DNA from: Salpingoeca rosetta
Lineage: Eukaryota > Protista > Choanoflagellata
Assembly (NCBI GenBank): GCA_033442325.1
Contig: JAWQFM010000019.1
Location: forward strand, 1,236,127 to 1,300,126
DNA length: 64,000 bases
Direction: 5' to 3'
The first letter of the stretch is position 1, and every line of letters starts with the position of its first letter. The position numbers and the translations under genes are program-made. The notes under the pieces are model-generated. The model worked only from the letters and a program-made list of their open reading frames with translations, was not told where the DNA came from and did no database searches. Below are positions 1-20,400 of this stretch, one piece after another.

Positions 1-3000
1 GCCACACATGCTTTGGGGATGATCAGGTCTGCACATCGTGTTCGGGTGCCGACTTGCTCACCGGTCAGTGGTGATCCCCGTCTTGAAACCTCTGATGTGA
101 TGTGATGTGATGCGATGACTTGGCAAGCACATGTGGTGCCCAATCTTGTGCTCGGCGTGGTTGCAAGCTCCCCACCCCCACCATCCCCACCACCATCCCC
201 ACCATCCTCGTCACCATCACGCGCATCCTCTGTTCCTGTGCATCAGTTTCCATGTCGGAGTGCGGCTCCAGCTGCCCCATCGTCGGCAGCTTTTCGCGTG
301 ATTCAATCGAGCAACAGCCCAACATCAACATCTGCTACCGTGAGTTTGCACACGTGTGTTTGATGATGAGGCCAATGTGCATGTTCTCTCGCGAATGCGT
401 TGTTTTGTGGCTCTTTGCTTGCATGTGCTTGGGTATGTGTGTTGGTGTATGCTTGCGCATGTGTGCGCGCGTTTCGTACATGAGCACGCGTACTCACCGA
501 TTCCTTGTTGCCGCGGCGCGGTTGAACTGCCTTTACCAGCGTGCCGTTCCGGCTGCGGCACCTGCGACCGGCGTGGCGTGCAGTGCACATCGTGTCAGGT
601 GCACACACACACACACACAGACACACACACACAGACACACACACACACAGACACACACACACACACACACAGACACACACACACACAGACACACACAGAC
701 ACACACAGACACACACAGACACACACAGGCCCACACACACAGACACACACAGACACACACAGACATACACAGACACACACACACAGACGCGCAGACATGG
801 TCATATATTCCTTGTCCCTCCTAATCCTCTTCGTCATCATTGATGCTCCAAGGGCGCTGACAAGCTGCGGGACAACGGAAAGTGTACTGACACTTGCCCG
901 CCTGGCCACCTCGTTACTGGTAGCTCGGTGAGATATTGTGCACGTGAGCTAATGTTCTTTGAGGCCCTTCCTTTGCGCGTTGTATGGCAGCGTTGTGCTG
1001 TCATGCCGATCAAAGCACACTGCCGTTCTCCTGGGAGCCATTCCTGCCATCGAAACAATTGCTCTTTCTTCCTTCCCCATGACCACCACCACCACCACCA
1101 CCACCACCACCACCACCACCACCACCACCACCACCACGACAACAACACCAGTCGTTTGAGTGCAGGAAGTGCGCCAACGGGTTCATCTCCACATCCGGTT
1201 CCAGCTGCTCGCCCTGCGGTCTGGGCGAATACCAGAAGGACGTGGGCGCATCCTCGTGCGATGTACGTTGTTGCTGTCACACGTGTCATCATCGTCGTCG
1301 TCGTTGTCGTCGTCTTTGTTGTTGGTGTCGTTGTTGTTGTCATCGTGCTGTGTTTGAAGCATGTTTTGCTGGCATTGCAGACTACCCTCCATCGAAACCA
1401 GCCTTGCACTGTCTGCTCATGCTTCAATCTCACGCTCGCTGCTGCCACCTGCAACTACGACGACTAATGTTGCCACTGCACGTGCAGATGTGTCCACCTG
1501 GAACGTTTCGCGCGGATCCTGCCGGGCACGCCCTCGCCAGCTGCACGCCGTGTGAACCCGGCACATTTTCCGGCGGACACACGTCCATGTGCATTACGTG
1601 CCACGATGGGGCCATTGCCCCAACATACGGCACACCGTCATGCATCCCCTGCCCCGAGAACACGTACAGCCTGGAGGACAAGACACGGTGCTTTCCCTGT
1701 CCCCCACGCACCTTCTCGTACCGAGGACAGTTCAAGTGCACAGACTGTGCCGAGATCTGTGAGTACGGGTGCACGGAATACGCTGAAAACTGCATCCCTG
1801 CACCGCCAACACCCATGGCGACGGTCGCTCTCGGCACCACGACTACGACTGTCACCGCAACCACGACGACGCCAATGCCGGCAATAACGACGACGGTGGG
1901 TGAAGTCACCTCGACAAGTGAGCAGACAACAGTGCAGGACGGGACCAGCACAAGCGATCCGGGGTCCCTACCACCATCAGCGTCACCATCGCCACCACAG
2001 CCATTGACGACGACGACGACAACAACAACAACAATGACAACCTTGTCACCTTCATCAGCAGCATCATCGTCGTCACCAGGCGCCCCCGCAACGACCACCA
2101 CCACCACGGCGAGCAGCACGTCGTCTTCGTCGGCGCTCGCTGGCGGAAGTCGCAACAGCAGCAGCAGCAGTGGCACCATCCCCATCATTGCTGGTGCTGC
2201 CGCTGGGGCGGTGCTGGTGGCTGCACTCGTAGTCGTCCTCATTGTGCGGCGGCGGCGACAGACGCGCGTGCACAGCAAAGTGGGCCGGGCTGGGAAGGTG
2301 TTGTTGGAGAGCACGAACGGCGCCGATGGTGGCGGTGATGGTGATGGCAGCAGTGTACCACCAGCGGTGCTGTTGTCGGGCTTGAAGAGGAATCCTGTCT
2401 ACAGCGCCGCAACCAGCACCGACGAGGGTGTGTTTGCGTGTGTGCTTTTCTGTGTGTTTGCTGTGTTTGCGCGTGTGTTTGCACGTGTGTTCATATTTGT
2501 TATGTCTCGCCCTGTGGTGTTGCTTTGCGTGTGCTCGTGCGGAATTTTGCGCTTTCTGGTGGATGACACCACTCAACCCCCTTTTGTGTTTGTGTCGCTC
2601 AACAACAGCCACCGCCGCGCACACGTGGGACGCGAGCACGTATGACGTTGTTGACCGGCGTGATGGCACTGCACCTCAAGCACAGCACTCGTGGAGCAAC
2701 ACGGCGTATGATGTTGGAGGTGCGGCAACGGCAAGCGCACGCGCACTCACTTTCACACACACACACACACAGACAGACAGACACAGACACAGACACAGAC
2801 ACACAGACAGACAGACACACACGCACGCATTTCATCGTCTTGCGCGACGCCTCCAAGCACAACGCACACAGACAGACAGACAGACAGACACAGACACAGA
2901 CACAGACACACAGACAGACAGACACACACGCACGCATTTCATCGTCTTGCGCGACACCTCCAAGCACAATGCATCTGCCACTGTTTCCTCGGCTGTGTTG

Positions 3001-3443
3001 ACGGCCCGTCTGGTTTGCGCTGTGGTCTGTTGCTGTGGTGACAGGGAGTGGAGAAAGCGCCTACGATGTGGTGCAGTCAACTGTTGGCGGCGACAGCAGC
3101 TCAGGACCGCAGCCTGAGCACGCGTGGAATGCGGCAGCATACGACGTCGGAGGTGAGGCTCTTGCACATGCAGTTTGTGCGTGTGTGTTGTGATGCGATG
3201 TGCGTGGCACCGCGCTGTGTTTTGTAACAACTTGTTATTCACCGACTTCACACACACATCACACCACACACGCACACATCACACACACTACACACACACA
3301 CACATCACTCCACACACACACACACACACATCACTCCACTCACTCACACACACACCACACAAATCACACCACACTACTCAGAAGGGGAGCGAGGAAGCGG
3401 CAGTCAGTACGTATATGCTGCGCCTGCGAATGTGGATGTGTGA
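1..3443 (+). CDS. Type I membrane protein, 5' truncated by the window: furin-like Cys-rich repeats, GCC2/GCC3 (ephrin-receptor-like) Cys repeats, Thr/Ser stalk, TM, kinase-less cytoplasmic tail with repeated Tyr motifs
   Basis: Phase-consistent GT-AG exons: <1-63 (HTCFGDDQVCTSCSGADLL), 247-340, 540-598 (CRSGCGTCDRRGVQCTSCQ), 853-927 (GKCTDTCPPGH), 1152-1262 (CSPCGLGEYQ), 1488-2427 (CPPGTF..CTPCEPGTFS; TM IIAGAAAGAVLVAALVVVLIV followed by RRRR), 2609-2719, 3045-3152, 3382-3443 (ends QYVYAAPANVDV*). Some boundaries approximate. Confidence 0.8.
2762..2970. repeat. Intronic tandem duplication of about 110 bp
   Basis: The block cacacacgcacgcatttcatcgtcttgcgcgac(g/a)cctccaagcacaa occurs twice (about 2817-2862 and 2925-2969), each time preceded by (CAGA)n/(CA)n. 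Confidence 0.85.
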
Positions 3444-3773
3444 CAGCGCCTTTTCATGGTCGTTGAGGGTTAGAGGTGCGTGACCATGTATGCGACGTTA
3501 AGGGTTTCCGATTCCAGCGAGTAGCTCTCTTCTCCATGCGAGTTGTAAACAAATTGCTTCATGAAGCATTGTGGTATGCACCATGTAATGTGTCAAACGC
3601 GTTGTCTTGAGGAGTGATGGGGACGGACAAAGGTGCACGCACACAGACACGTCAGCGTTGGAGGAGGTGAACAACACGTAATGGATTGCAAGTAACGAAA
3701 GCAGAGAAACAGTATCGTGAGCAGAAGGTGGAAGGGGATGTGAATGGAGAGGAAGGCAACCAAGTGCAAGGCA

Positions 3774-10908
<7,135 letters not shown>

Positions 10909-11063
10909 CTTGGTTGGCAGTGGCAGTCCGCCGTCCGATCAATCCAAACAAACGTGCACGACAGCACAAAGTGCATTTCACAACGTTCGCCCCCGCAGGA
11001 CTTGTTTTTGTCGGCTGGCGAGCAGCGACACGCACAACGCACAACACGCACGGGACGGTGGTG

Positions 11064-13388
11064 ATGAGTGGACGACAACCGCGACCACCACCACCACGAG
11101 GGAGAAACGGTGGGAAGGAGGAGGGGAAGGATGGAACAAAGGCAGGGTTAGTGCGGTTCCAGGCCTTGCCAGCGGGCATGTCTGTGGTTGACCCGGCATG
11201 GGAGACGATTGACCCCACCCCAAACATCCACGAGCTGTTTCTCATGTTCAACAAGCTGTTCTTCTTCGGCGTGCTGGCGGGCATTGAGGTGAAATGGAGC
11301 AAGCGCATGACGCTATGCGCCGGCCTCTGCGTGTACGACGGGCAGCTCGTCTCCGTGCGCCTCTCCGAGGTAAAGCAGTGCGTGCCTGTCAGCGTGTGTG
11401 TATGGAAATGTGTGTGTGTGTGTGTGTGGTTAGCGTACAAGAGGGCTTTGGCGTTGCTTGTACAGGGCACTCGTGAACGCTGACACACGCACGCGTACAC
11501 ATATGCATACACACATGCATACACACACAATGCGTGTATGTTTCGTGTCCACTGCGTCGCGTTACTTGCGATACAGCCGCTGTTGAAGCTGAGACCAAGG
11601 TCTGACCTCGTCAACACCTTGTTGCACGAAATGATACACGGTATGCACGGCCCTGCTGTTGATACAAGCGACCACTCGCTTCATTGCTGCATTGTTTGCG
11701 TGGCTTCGTGGCATCTTTGCAAGGACCACTTTCTCTCTTTTGCGCTTTCTCGTTTGGGCTGACGTGCGCCCTCTCTCTGCTCGCGTTTTCACTGAGTCAG
11801 CCTTCCTGTTCCTGCGCGAGCGTAACCGCGACCACGACGCCCACGGCCCAAACTTTCTCTCTCACATGAAGGTCTGTCAATGCAGTGTGCTTTATGCGCA
11901 CGCGTGTGTGTCTGTGTGTGTCTGTGTGTGTGTCTGTGTGTGTACGTCCTGTGTGTCTGCGTCTGTGTGTCTGCGTCTCTCTTTTTATCTCTCTCTCTCT
12001 CTCTGTGCTGCATCAGCTGCGGGTGCCTCATGTGTGCATGTTATCTGCGCATGTGTGTGCTGTCAGTGTTGTCCTCACCCGTTTCTTCGCCACACCACTG
12101 CACCACGCTGCTGCTGCCGCTGCTGCTGCTTAGCGGATCAACGATGCGAGCGGCTCAAGCATCACGGTGTATCACAGCTTCCACGACGAGGTCGACATGT
12201 ATCGCACGCACTGGTGGAAGTGCGATGGCCCCTGTGCCCGCAAGCCGCCGTACTTTGGATTGGTCAAGCGCGCAATGAACCGCGCCCCATCTCCGCGCGA
12301 CCCGTGGTGGAGCCAGCACCAGCGCCAGTGCGGTGGAACATACACAAAGGTGGGTGCATGTGTGTGTGTGTGTTGGATACATGTGTGCGTGTGTTTGTGT
12401 GTGTGTGTGTGTGTGGTTATTCACCAAACATAGGTGTGAACTTACGTTCCCTGTCTTCATGTTGTTTCCCAGTCTGCCCTCGGCCTTGTCTCCCTCCCTG
12501 TCCCTCCCGCCACAATCTCACGCTGGCCCAATTTCGCAGGTCCGTGAGCCCGAGGGATACGGCCAGAAGAAGAGGAAGAAGGCGAAGAAAGGCGACGATG
12601 GCGACGACGGCGCGAAACGAAAGCGAGACACGAATCAGCCGGCACTCGATCGCTTCCTCAAGGTGCGCAGTGCGTGTGTGCGTGTGTGCGTGTGTGCGTG
12701 TGCACGTGTGCACGTGCGTGCGTGCGTGTGCGTGCATGTGTGCATGTGCATGTGTGTGTGCTGGCTGCTGACGTGCTGTCTGCCACGCTGCTCACAGGCA
12801 AAACGAGAGCCCCAGTCGCAATCGTCATCGCAACAATCGTCCTCATCAAAATCAGCAGCAACAACAACAGCAACAACAACAGCGACAACAACAACAACAA
12901 CAGCAACAGCAGCAATATCTTCATCCTCGTCCTCATCATCGTCACACGTGCTGACGAAAAGCGAAGAGGAAGTGCTGCTGGCCACGCTGTTTGGTGCGGA
13001 CACCAGAGCACGCGCACACACCAGCGGTAGCACAACAACACCACCAGCCCCAACAACAACCGCACGAATATCATCAACAACAACATCAACAACAACAACT
13101 GCGGGTGCACAGGGTGCAGTGGGGTGGAGGATAACAGAAGAGATTAAGGAGGAAGAGGAGGACAGAATAATAGTATTAGACGATGACGACGATGATGGAG
13201 AGAGTAGTGGTTACAGTGCAAATGCTGGTGATCTCACACGAGACCACATCAACGATGGGCACAGCATGCCGCATGCATCGACATCATCACCACCACCAGC
13301 AGCAACAGGGCGGGTTGTGTGCCCGGCGTGTGGTTGCGAGTGCACAGAGGCCACCATCAATGCACATCTCGACACGTGCTTGGCATGA
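11064..13388 (+). CDS. SPRTN: Spartan/DVC1 SprT metalloprotease for DNA-protein crosslink repair
   Basis: DPTPNIHELFLMFNKLFF, WSKRMTLCAGLC, LLHEMIH (HExxH), HGPNF, HWWKCDGPC..PYFGLVKRAMNRAP; PIP-like QPALDRFL; C-terminal UBZ4 CPAC..INAHLDTCL; six exons. Confidence 0.92.
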
Positions 13389-13575
13389 ATCTTATTGAAG
13401 ATGTGTGTGTGCGTGGGGGCGTATTAATTGTGTGTGTAAATGTGTGCGTGTGTGTGTGTCGGTACACCTGACTTGCACAGCAAAGATCACGGTTGTCAAT
13501 ATACTCTTTGCAAACGAACCCACCAGTCATGTCAACCTGACAGATAGGCAGACAGACAGACAGACAGACAGACAT

Positions 13576-13629
<54 letters not shown>

Positions 13630-13642
13630 CGTCGGCTTTTGC

Positions 13643-14358
13643 TCAGGAGAATTTGACGTTGGAAAAGTCCATCTCAGGGTTGGCCTTCTTGATTCTGGTG
13701 GCGATGTTGCGTGGTGGCGATGGTGGTGAGGACGGAGGACGCGCAGTTGTTTGGTGGAGGGGCAGACAAGAGGACAAACAGACAGGATGTGCACACAACA
13801 CACAGACACAGACACAGACATACACGTACAGACACACAAAAACACACATACATCGACAAACACACATGCGCCGCCACCACCACCACCACCACCGCCGCTA
13901 ACAACAAAACGGCAGTGTTTACTTTTCGAGGATGTCCAGCTTCTTCTGCTCGTCGGACGTGGGTTTGCCCATCTCCTTCTGCCGCTGGTCAAACATCATC
14001 TTCTCAACCATGCCACGCGTCTCGTCGTCAAGGTCTGACAGCTTCGAGTTCTCCGGCTGCACCTTGCGCGTGTTGATCTCGGGCTCGCCCACAACCACGT
14101 GCGGCCACCACTCCATCTGGTTCACCTGTTGTGGTGGGGATCAGGGGCGTGTTGTGTTGTGGGCGAGTGAGTTGGCGATGTGTGGAAACACACGAAGGTG
14201 GCAAGCAGACGAAGGTGACACATAACAAGGCAGCCGTGGTGCAAACGAGCGAAGCTCCGATGCACACACACACAAACACATACATGAACACACAGACACA
14301 CACATACAGGCACAGACACACAGACACACACACACACAGACACACACACACACACACA

Positions 14359-14419
<61 letters not shown>

Positions 14420-16080
14420 CACCTTCTCGAGCTGGACGGTGATGGTGTTGTTGTCGAGGACCCACGTGCTCTCGTCCGGGTGGATTGGGTGCGGCAGCTT
14501 GCCAGACAGAATTGGCGGCTGGTTCTTCAGCCCAATGCTCAGCGACTTGGTCGTGGTCGTGTGGTGATGACGGTGGTAATTGTTGTGATGGCGGTGATGA
14601 TGACAGCGGTGCGCAGGTGAAAGATGCACGTGTGAGGATGGACGGTGTGCTCAGGCGTCAGGCGCCACCCGGACAGCAAGCAACCAAACATTACGTGTGT
14701 TCAGAGTACATGGGGGTGCGCGTGTGGTGTGGTGTGGGCTCACGTTCTTCTTGATGTCGACGACGCAATCGCGGCCCTTCACCCTGAAATCAACCTTCAG
14801 CGGCACCCGCACCTGTCGTGGTGGTGGTGGTGGTGGTGGTGGTGGTGGTGGTGGCACTGAGTAAGCAACATGATACATAGATGCAGGCGGGTTGAGGACG
14901 GGCGACACACACACACACACATATGCTCACCCATGTGCAAATACACGTTCATTCGCATGCACACCTCGAGGTCCTGGAGGGTCTGGATCCAGGAGTAGTT
15001 TGGGAGGTTCGCACCGTTGCCCGTGTTTGGGCGGAGCTTTCCGTTGGGCTGCTTGTTGCCATCGCCATCCTTGAGAATGGGGGGGGGGGGAGGAGACCGG
15101 AACACATTCAAGTCATGTGAGCGACAAGGTGCTTGCAGTAAACATGTGCAATAGCATAGATGAAGAGCCACAGACACACAGACACTGTCGCAGGTGTAAG
15201 CACAAGTGGAGAGTCAAACACAGACACACAGACGCACACAGACACAGACACAGACACAGACACAGACACAGACACAGACACAGACACAGACACACACACA
15301 CACAAAAGGCCCCCCATGCTACACGCTCCCAGCACCACCTCGTCGCCCGAGTCCTCAGCAGAGAGGTCGTCTGGGTTTGCTGCGTTGGGCAGCGGCGTGG
15401 CCGTGGACTTGCTCTTCTTCGCCGCACTCGACGCATCTGCAGCCTTGGCCTCGCTGCTACTGCTGGTGGCTGGCTGCTTCTTCGTGTGCTGCTTCTTGTC
15501 CTCCTTCTTCTTCAGCTGCTGCTCCAGCTTGGCTGCTTGCTCGTCCGTCAGCTCCTGGATCTTGGAGCTGCACGAAGACGCAAGGTGTGGTGCCGTGGGC
15601 ATGGCTTGCGTGATTCAGTGTGCGTTTGTGTTCACTGACGTACCGACCAACACTGCACAGCAGGGTGAAAACCGATTTTTGCACCCCCATGTGCGAGCTC
15701 ACTTTCTCCACTGTCACACTTTTTGCGCAGACACATGCGAACACATTGCCCTCAAATACACACACGTGTGAATGCATCGTTCCCTCCCTCCGGCCCACAC
15801 TTCGCACAGACGCACCCGTCGTCAGGCAGGACAACCTCTTCCTCCTCTGCGTCGTCTTCTTCCTCCTGCTGCTTTTCCTTTTTCTTCTGCTCTGCAATCT
15901 TGCTGTACTTTTCAAACTTGGACATGACCAGCTGCATGTGACAGTGGACGTGGCGGACCTTGTGTGAGCAAGCGGCATTCAGTGGCAAGACCATGTCGGC
16001 TTGCAAGCGGGGCTGCAAGCGCGATGCTGTCTTCAGCACCGTCCCTTTCCGCAGATGCACACACACACACACACACACAC

Positions 16081-16129
<49 letters not shown>

Positions 16130-16610
16130 ACACACACACATACACACACACGCACGCATGCACGCACACAAACGCACAACCATGCACATGAACATGCCTG
16201 TTTTGCGTGCTCCTTGGACGCGCCAGTGAAGAAGTCTGTCTTGCGAAGCAGGAAGCTGAAGTAGACGTCCAACAGCTGAAGCAAACAGAGTGCAGGCAAC
16301 GAGCCAGGCGAGTTGAAGGTGGGATGTACACAAAGCAGAGGTGCGGGGAAGAGGGAAGAGCTTGAGACACGGAGACACGCTCAAACATACAGCCGCACAC
16401 ACAGACACAGACACATACAGACCACACACACACACACACACACACAGACACATACAGACCACACACACACACACACAGACACACAGACACATACAGACCA
16501 CACAGACACACACAAACACATACAGACACAGACATACGTACTTGGTCGATGCCCCCTTCCATCTGCTGAGCCATGCTCAACAGCAGGCCATCAAAGCGCT
16601 CCTCAGCCAT
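13643..16610 (-). CDS. NUDC: Nuclear migration protein NudC (CS/p23 domain)
   Basis: [104 protein letters not shown], ends [11 protein letters not shown]. Confidence 0.95.
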
Positions 16611-17138
16611 GGTTGCTTGCTTGGTGCGTTGTCGTTCTTCCTTCCACTCACTCACAGCAGCTCTTCCTGGTGGTTCTTTCGGTGCGGTTCTTTCGCAAAT
16701 TGTCCAGACTTTGTTTTACCCACCTCGTTTGGTTTAATTTATTTTGCCATTTGGTGTTTGGTCAGGGAGGAGCTGTTTCGAACATTCAAGGCACAGGCCC
16801 GATTCTCTCAAGGCATGCATGACTTTATGTCGTCAGCCACACTGCATTCCAACGTGCTGCACCACCACAACAGTCATGCTCACACATCGCCTGACCATGC
16901 CCTGACTGACGACGGGCTGTCTGTTACGTGCTGCTGCGCACTTGTTGTTTGTTTGTTGTTTGGTCTTCTTCTTCTTCTTCTTCTTCTTCACTTCTTCGTT
17001 CGTTTCCCTCGCAGCAGCGCACAACCACAACCATTCTCTTCCATTGTTGATTGTGTTTGCGCGTGCGTGAGCTTCAATCAAAGCAAGCAAGGTACGGCGG
17101 GACGGTCTGGTGTCTTTTCGAGCGTGGTGTTGTCGTTG

Positions 17139-17219
<81 letters not shown>

Positions 17220-17495
17220 GTTCGTGCATACATACCCAAGACCACCCACCAACAAACAGACGACAAGCAGCAAGCACCAAACAACAACGAACGACAAGCG
17301 TCGTCTGTCGCATCCCACGAACGACAACGCAACCACAACCACAACCACAAGCACAAACTCACCGTTGCTTCCACACCTTCATTACATCCTCCCCCCCCCA
17401 ACACACACACACGCAGACTTGTTGCGAGTGTTTGTATGGTGTGCTTTCTTTGCTCAGGGAATCCAAGTTCGCAGCAACAACACGGCACCGGGCGG

Positions 17496-20400
17496 ATGCT
17501 CGGAATCATCACATCACAAGCACGAATGAATATCGTGCTGGTACTGGGCGTGTTGCTCGCTACCCTGGCTGCCCCAGCCACTGGTGAATGCATCACCGTC
17601 TACAAGTACGATGACTTCTACTCCGGCAAATACGATGGCAGCGACGGCAATGTGAACTGGGGTGATAAGTGGTCGGAGCACGACACCCTCAATGGCGGCT
17701 ACTCTTCTGGCCAAGCCTACGTGGCCAACGAGCATCTCGTCCTCTCCAACCCCGGCCTGGAAACAGATCCATCCCGGCTGCCATATGTGCACCGGCGTGT
17801 GGACCTGTCAACATGGACACAAGGCACGGTCTACCTTGGGCTTCGCTACAGCTTTTATGGTTTGGTTGAAAGCCACGACGTCATCAACGTGGAGATCTCT
17901 GCAGATGACGGCAAGACATACGAGGTGTTTACTGTCATTACGGGCGCCACTGGAAGCACGACAACGCTCTTCGCAGACGTGCTCGACAGCAAGTATCTGA
18001 CGTCACACACGCGGCTGCGCGTACGCATGGTGCAAGAGTTTCTGGGAAACCAGGAAGCCATTTTCATCTACGAGATTGGTTTCGCATACACAACATGTGA
18101 TACAACAACAACCACTACCACCACAACCACAACTACCACGACCACGACTACCACAACTACCACAACTACCACAACTACCACCACAACCACAACTACCACC
18201 ACAACCACAACTACCACAACTACCACAACTACCACAACCACGACCACCACAACAACGACCACCACAACAACAACCACAACCACGACCACCACAACAACAA
18301 CCACAACCACAACTACCACAACTACCACCACAACTACCACCACCACAACTACCACAACTACCACCACAACTACCACCACGACCACAACGACAACTACCAC
18401 CACGACAACTACCACGACAACTACCACCACAACTACCACCACCACTACCACGACCACAACAACAACCACAACAACGACCACAACAACAACGACAACCACA
18501 ACCACAACTACAACAACAACGACCACACCGTCCTGCGCATCGCATCGGTGTGCGCAGGGCGGCACTTGCGTGGAGCTGGAGACAGGCCTCGCCTGCATCT
18601 GCCCAGCCGGCTACTTTGGGTCGTCGTGCCAGTGCACCATCGGTGTCGACGAGGAGGAGGAATGCAACGACCTGCCGTCGTGTTCACCGTCGCCGTGCAA
18701 GAACGGCGGCGTGTGCGTCATCGACACTCTTGCCCGTAGCGCTCGGTCCCTCGACCCCATCACAGGCACTTTGACCGATACCACCCTCCGCACCACCACC
18801 CCGACATCCACAAAGACAGGGAAGGTGGCAGCAACCACAGCGTCTCCCATTTCCCTCCCTGACAGGTTCACGTGCCAGTGTCCTGATGGGCTCACGGGCA
18901 GCACGTGCGCAGATGATGTGGACGAGTGCGCACGCGCAGACAGCGCTGGCATCAGCCTGTGCGGGGACCACGGCACCTGCACCAACACCTTTGGCGGATA
19001 CACATGCACGTGCACGGTCGGTTTCGCGGGCGACCACTGTGACGAGGACATCAACGAGTGCGAGGTGGGTGCGCTGCTGGTGCAGTTCACAGATACCAAC
19101 ACGCTCATCGATGGTGCCGAGCTCCTCCTGTCGTCCACCTTCACCTCCGCCACCACGACCACCACAACCACCACGCGTCTGGCGGCGTGCGACAACGGCG
19201 GCGTCTGCACCAACACCATCGGCGGATTCACGTGCGAGTGCCCGCCCAACACGCTCGGCACCCGCTGCGAGCTCACGTTGGCGTGCTCCACCCTGCCCGA
19301 CCCCTTCATCATCAGCGATGCGCGCACCCTGGCCCTGTTTGCGAACCTGGCGTGTGTCGACGTGCTTGGAGGCCTCATCATCCGCGACATTGACGCGTCG
19401 CAGCTCGACCTCGCCTCTGCGCTCGCGTCCCTGCGTGTGGTGGAGAAGTACCTGGTCGTTGAGGACGTGAGCAACCTCGATCTTGCCGCGTTGCAGCACA
19501 TCACCGCCATCGCCACCACGCCGCTCGCATCCGACAGGTTTGCAGACACCTTTGGACTCGTGCTGCGTTCCAACGCCAACATGACGGCATCGACAGCGCT
19601 TCCACTCCACGACCTCGTCGCTCTTGTGCAAAACGGCGACATCGATATCACGGACAACGCCGACTTCTGCCTGCAGGCTGAGCAGCAGCTGACCCCGGCC
19701 AACACCACCGCCCCCTACTGGTGGGCGGTGGAGCCGCGCCTCACGCTGCAGACCGCACCATCGTGCCCGTCGTGCTTCCTCCACAACGCCACCCTCTCCC
19801 AGGACGTTGCTGGCCTCGGCAGTGCTGGCGATGGCGTGTGCGCCTCCCAGTGCACGGATTGCCCGCAGGTGTGCACGCTGGAGGAGCCCATCACCACCAC
19901 CACCGCTGCCCGCGCGCTGCTGGAGCGCGACTGCAGCATCATCCAGGGCGACCTCATTGTCACCGACCTCTCGTCCGGCGCCCTCGCCGTGCTCACCGAT
20001 GCGCTGGCGTCTGTCACCGCCGTCACGGGCGACGTGGTCGTCGATGGCGTGCGCAGCCTCACCACCCTCGACGCCTTGCTCCCGGAACTCGAATCTGCAG
20101 CCTCGCTCGTCATCACCAACAACCCCAACCTCATCTCCATCAGCCTGCCGAACCTGCAGACACAGCACGGCACGACGCAGGCGAACAACCCGAGCCTTGT
20201 CCTCGACGGCGAAGGTGGAGGCAGCGGTGGCGATGCGGCATCAACCACCATCACCACCCTGCGCACGGAGGTCACATTTGACCTGACCCTGGAGGAGTTG
20301 AAGCTGGTGACACGCGCCGACCCGGGCGTGCTGCAGTCGTACCTCATGGACGCGTACACGCGCGTCGTCAGCACCAACCCAGACCTCAGCGCGCTGTTTT

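Noticed and set aside
120-931. Many ORFs reading HTHTHT or VCVCVC, here and throughout the window
   Set aside because: They are translations of intronic (CA)n/(TG)n microsatellites, which lack stop codons.
16341-17495. First 385 aa of the 2257-aa ORF
   Set aside because: Overlaps NudC exon 1 antisense, the promoter and CA repeats; the signal peptide starts at 17496 or 17526.
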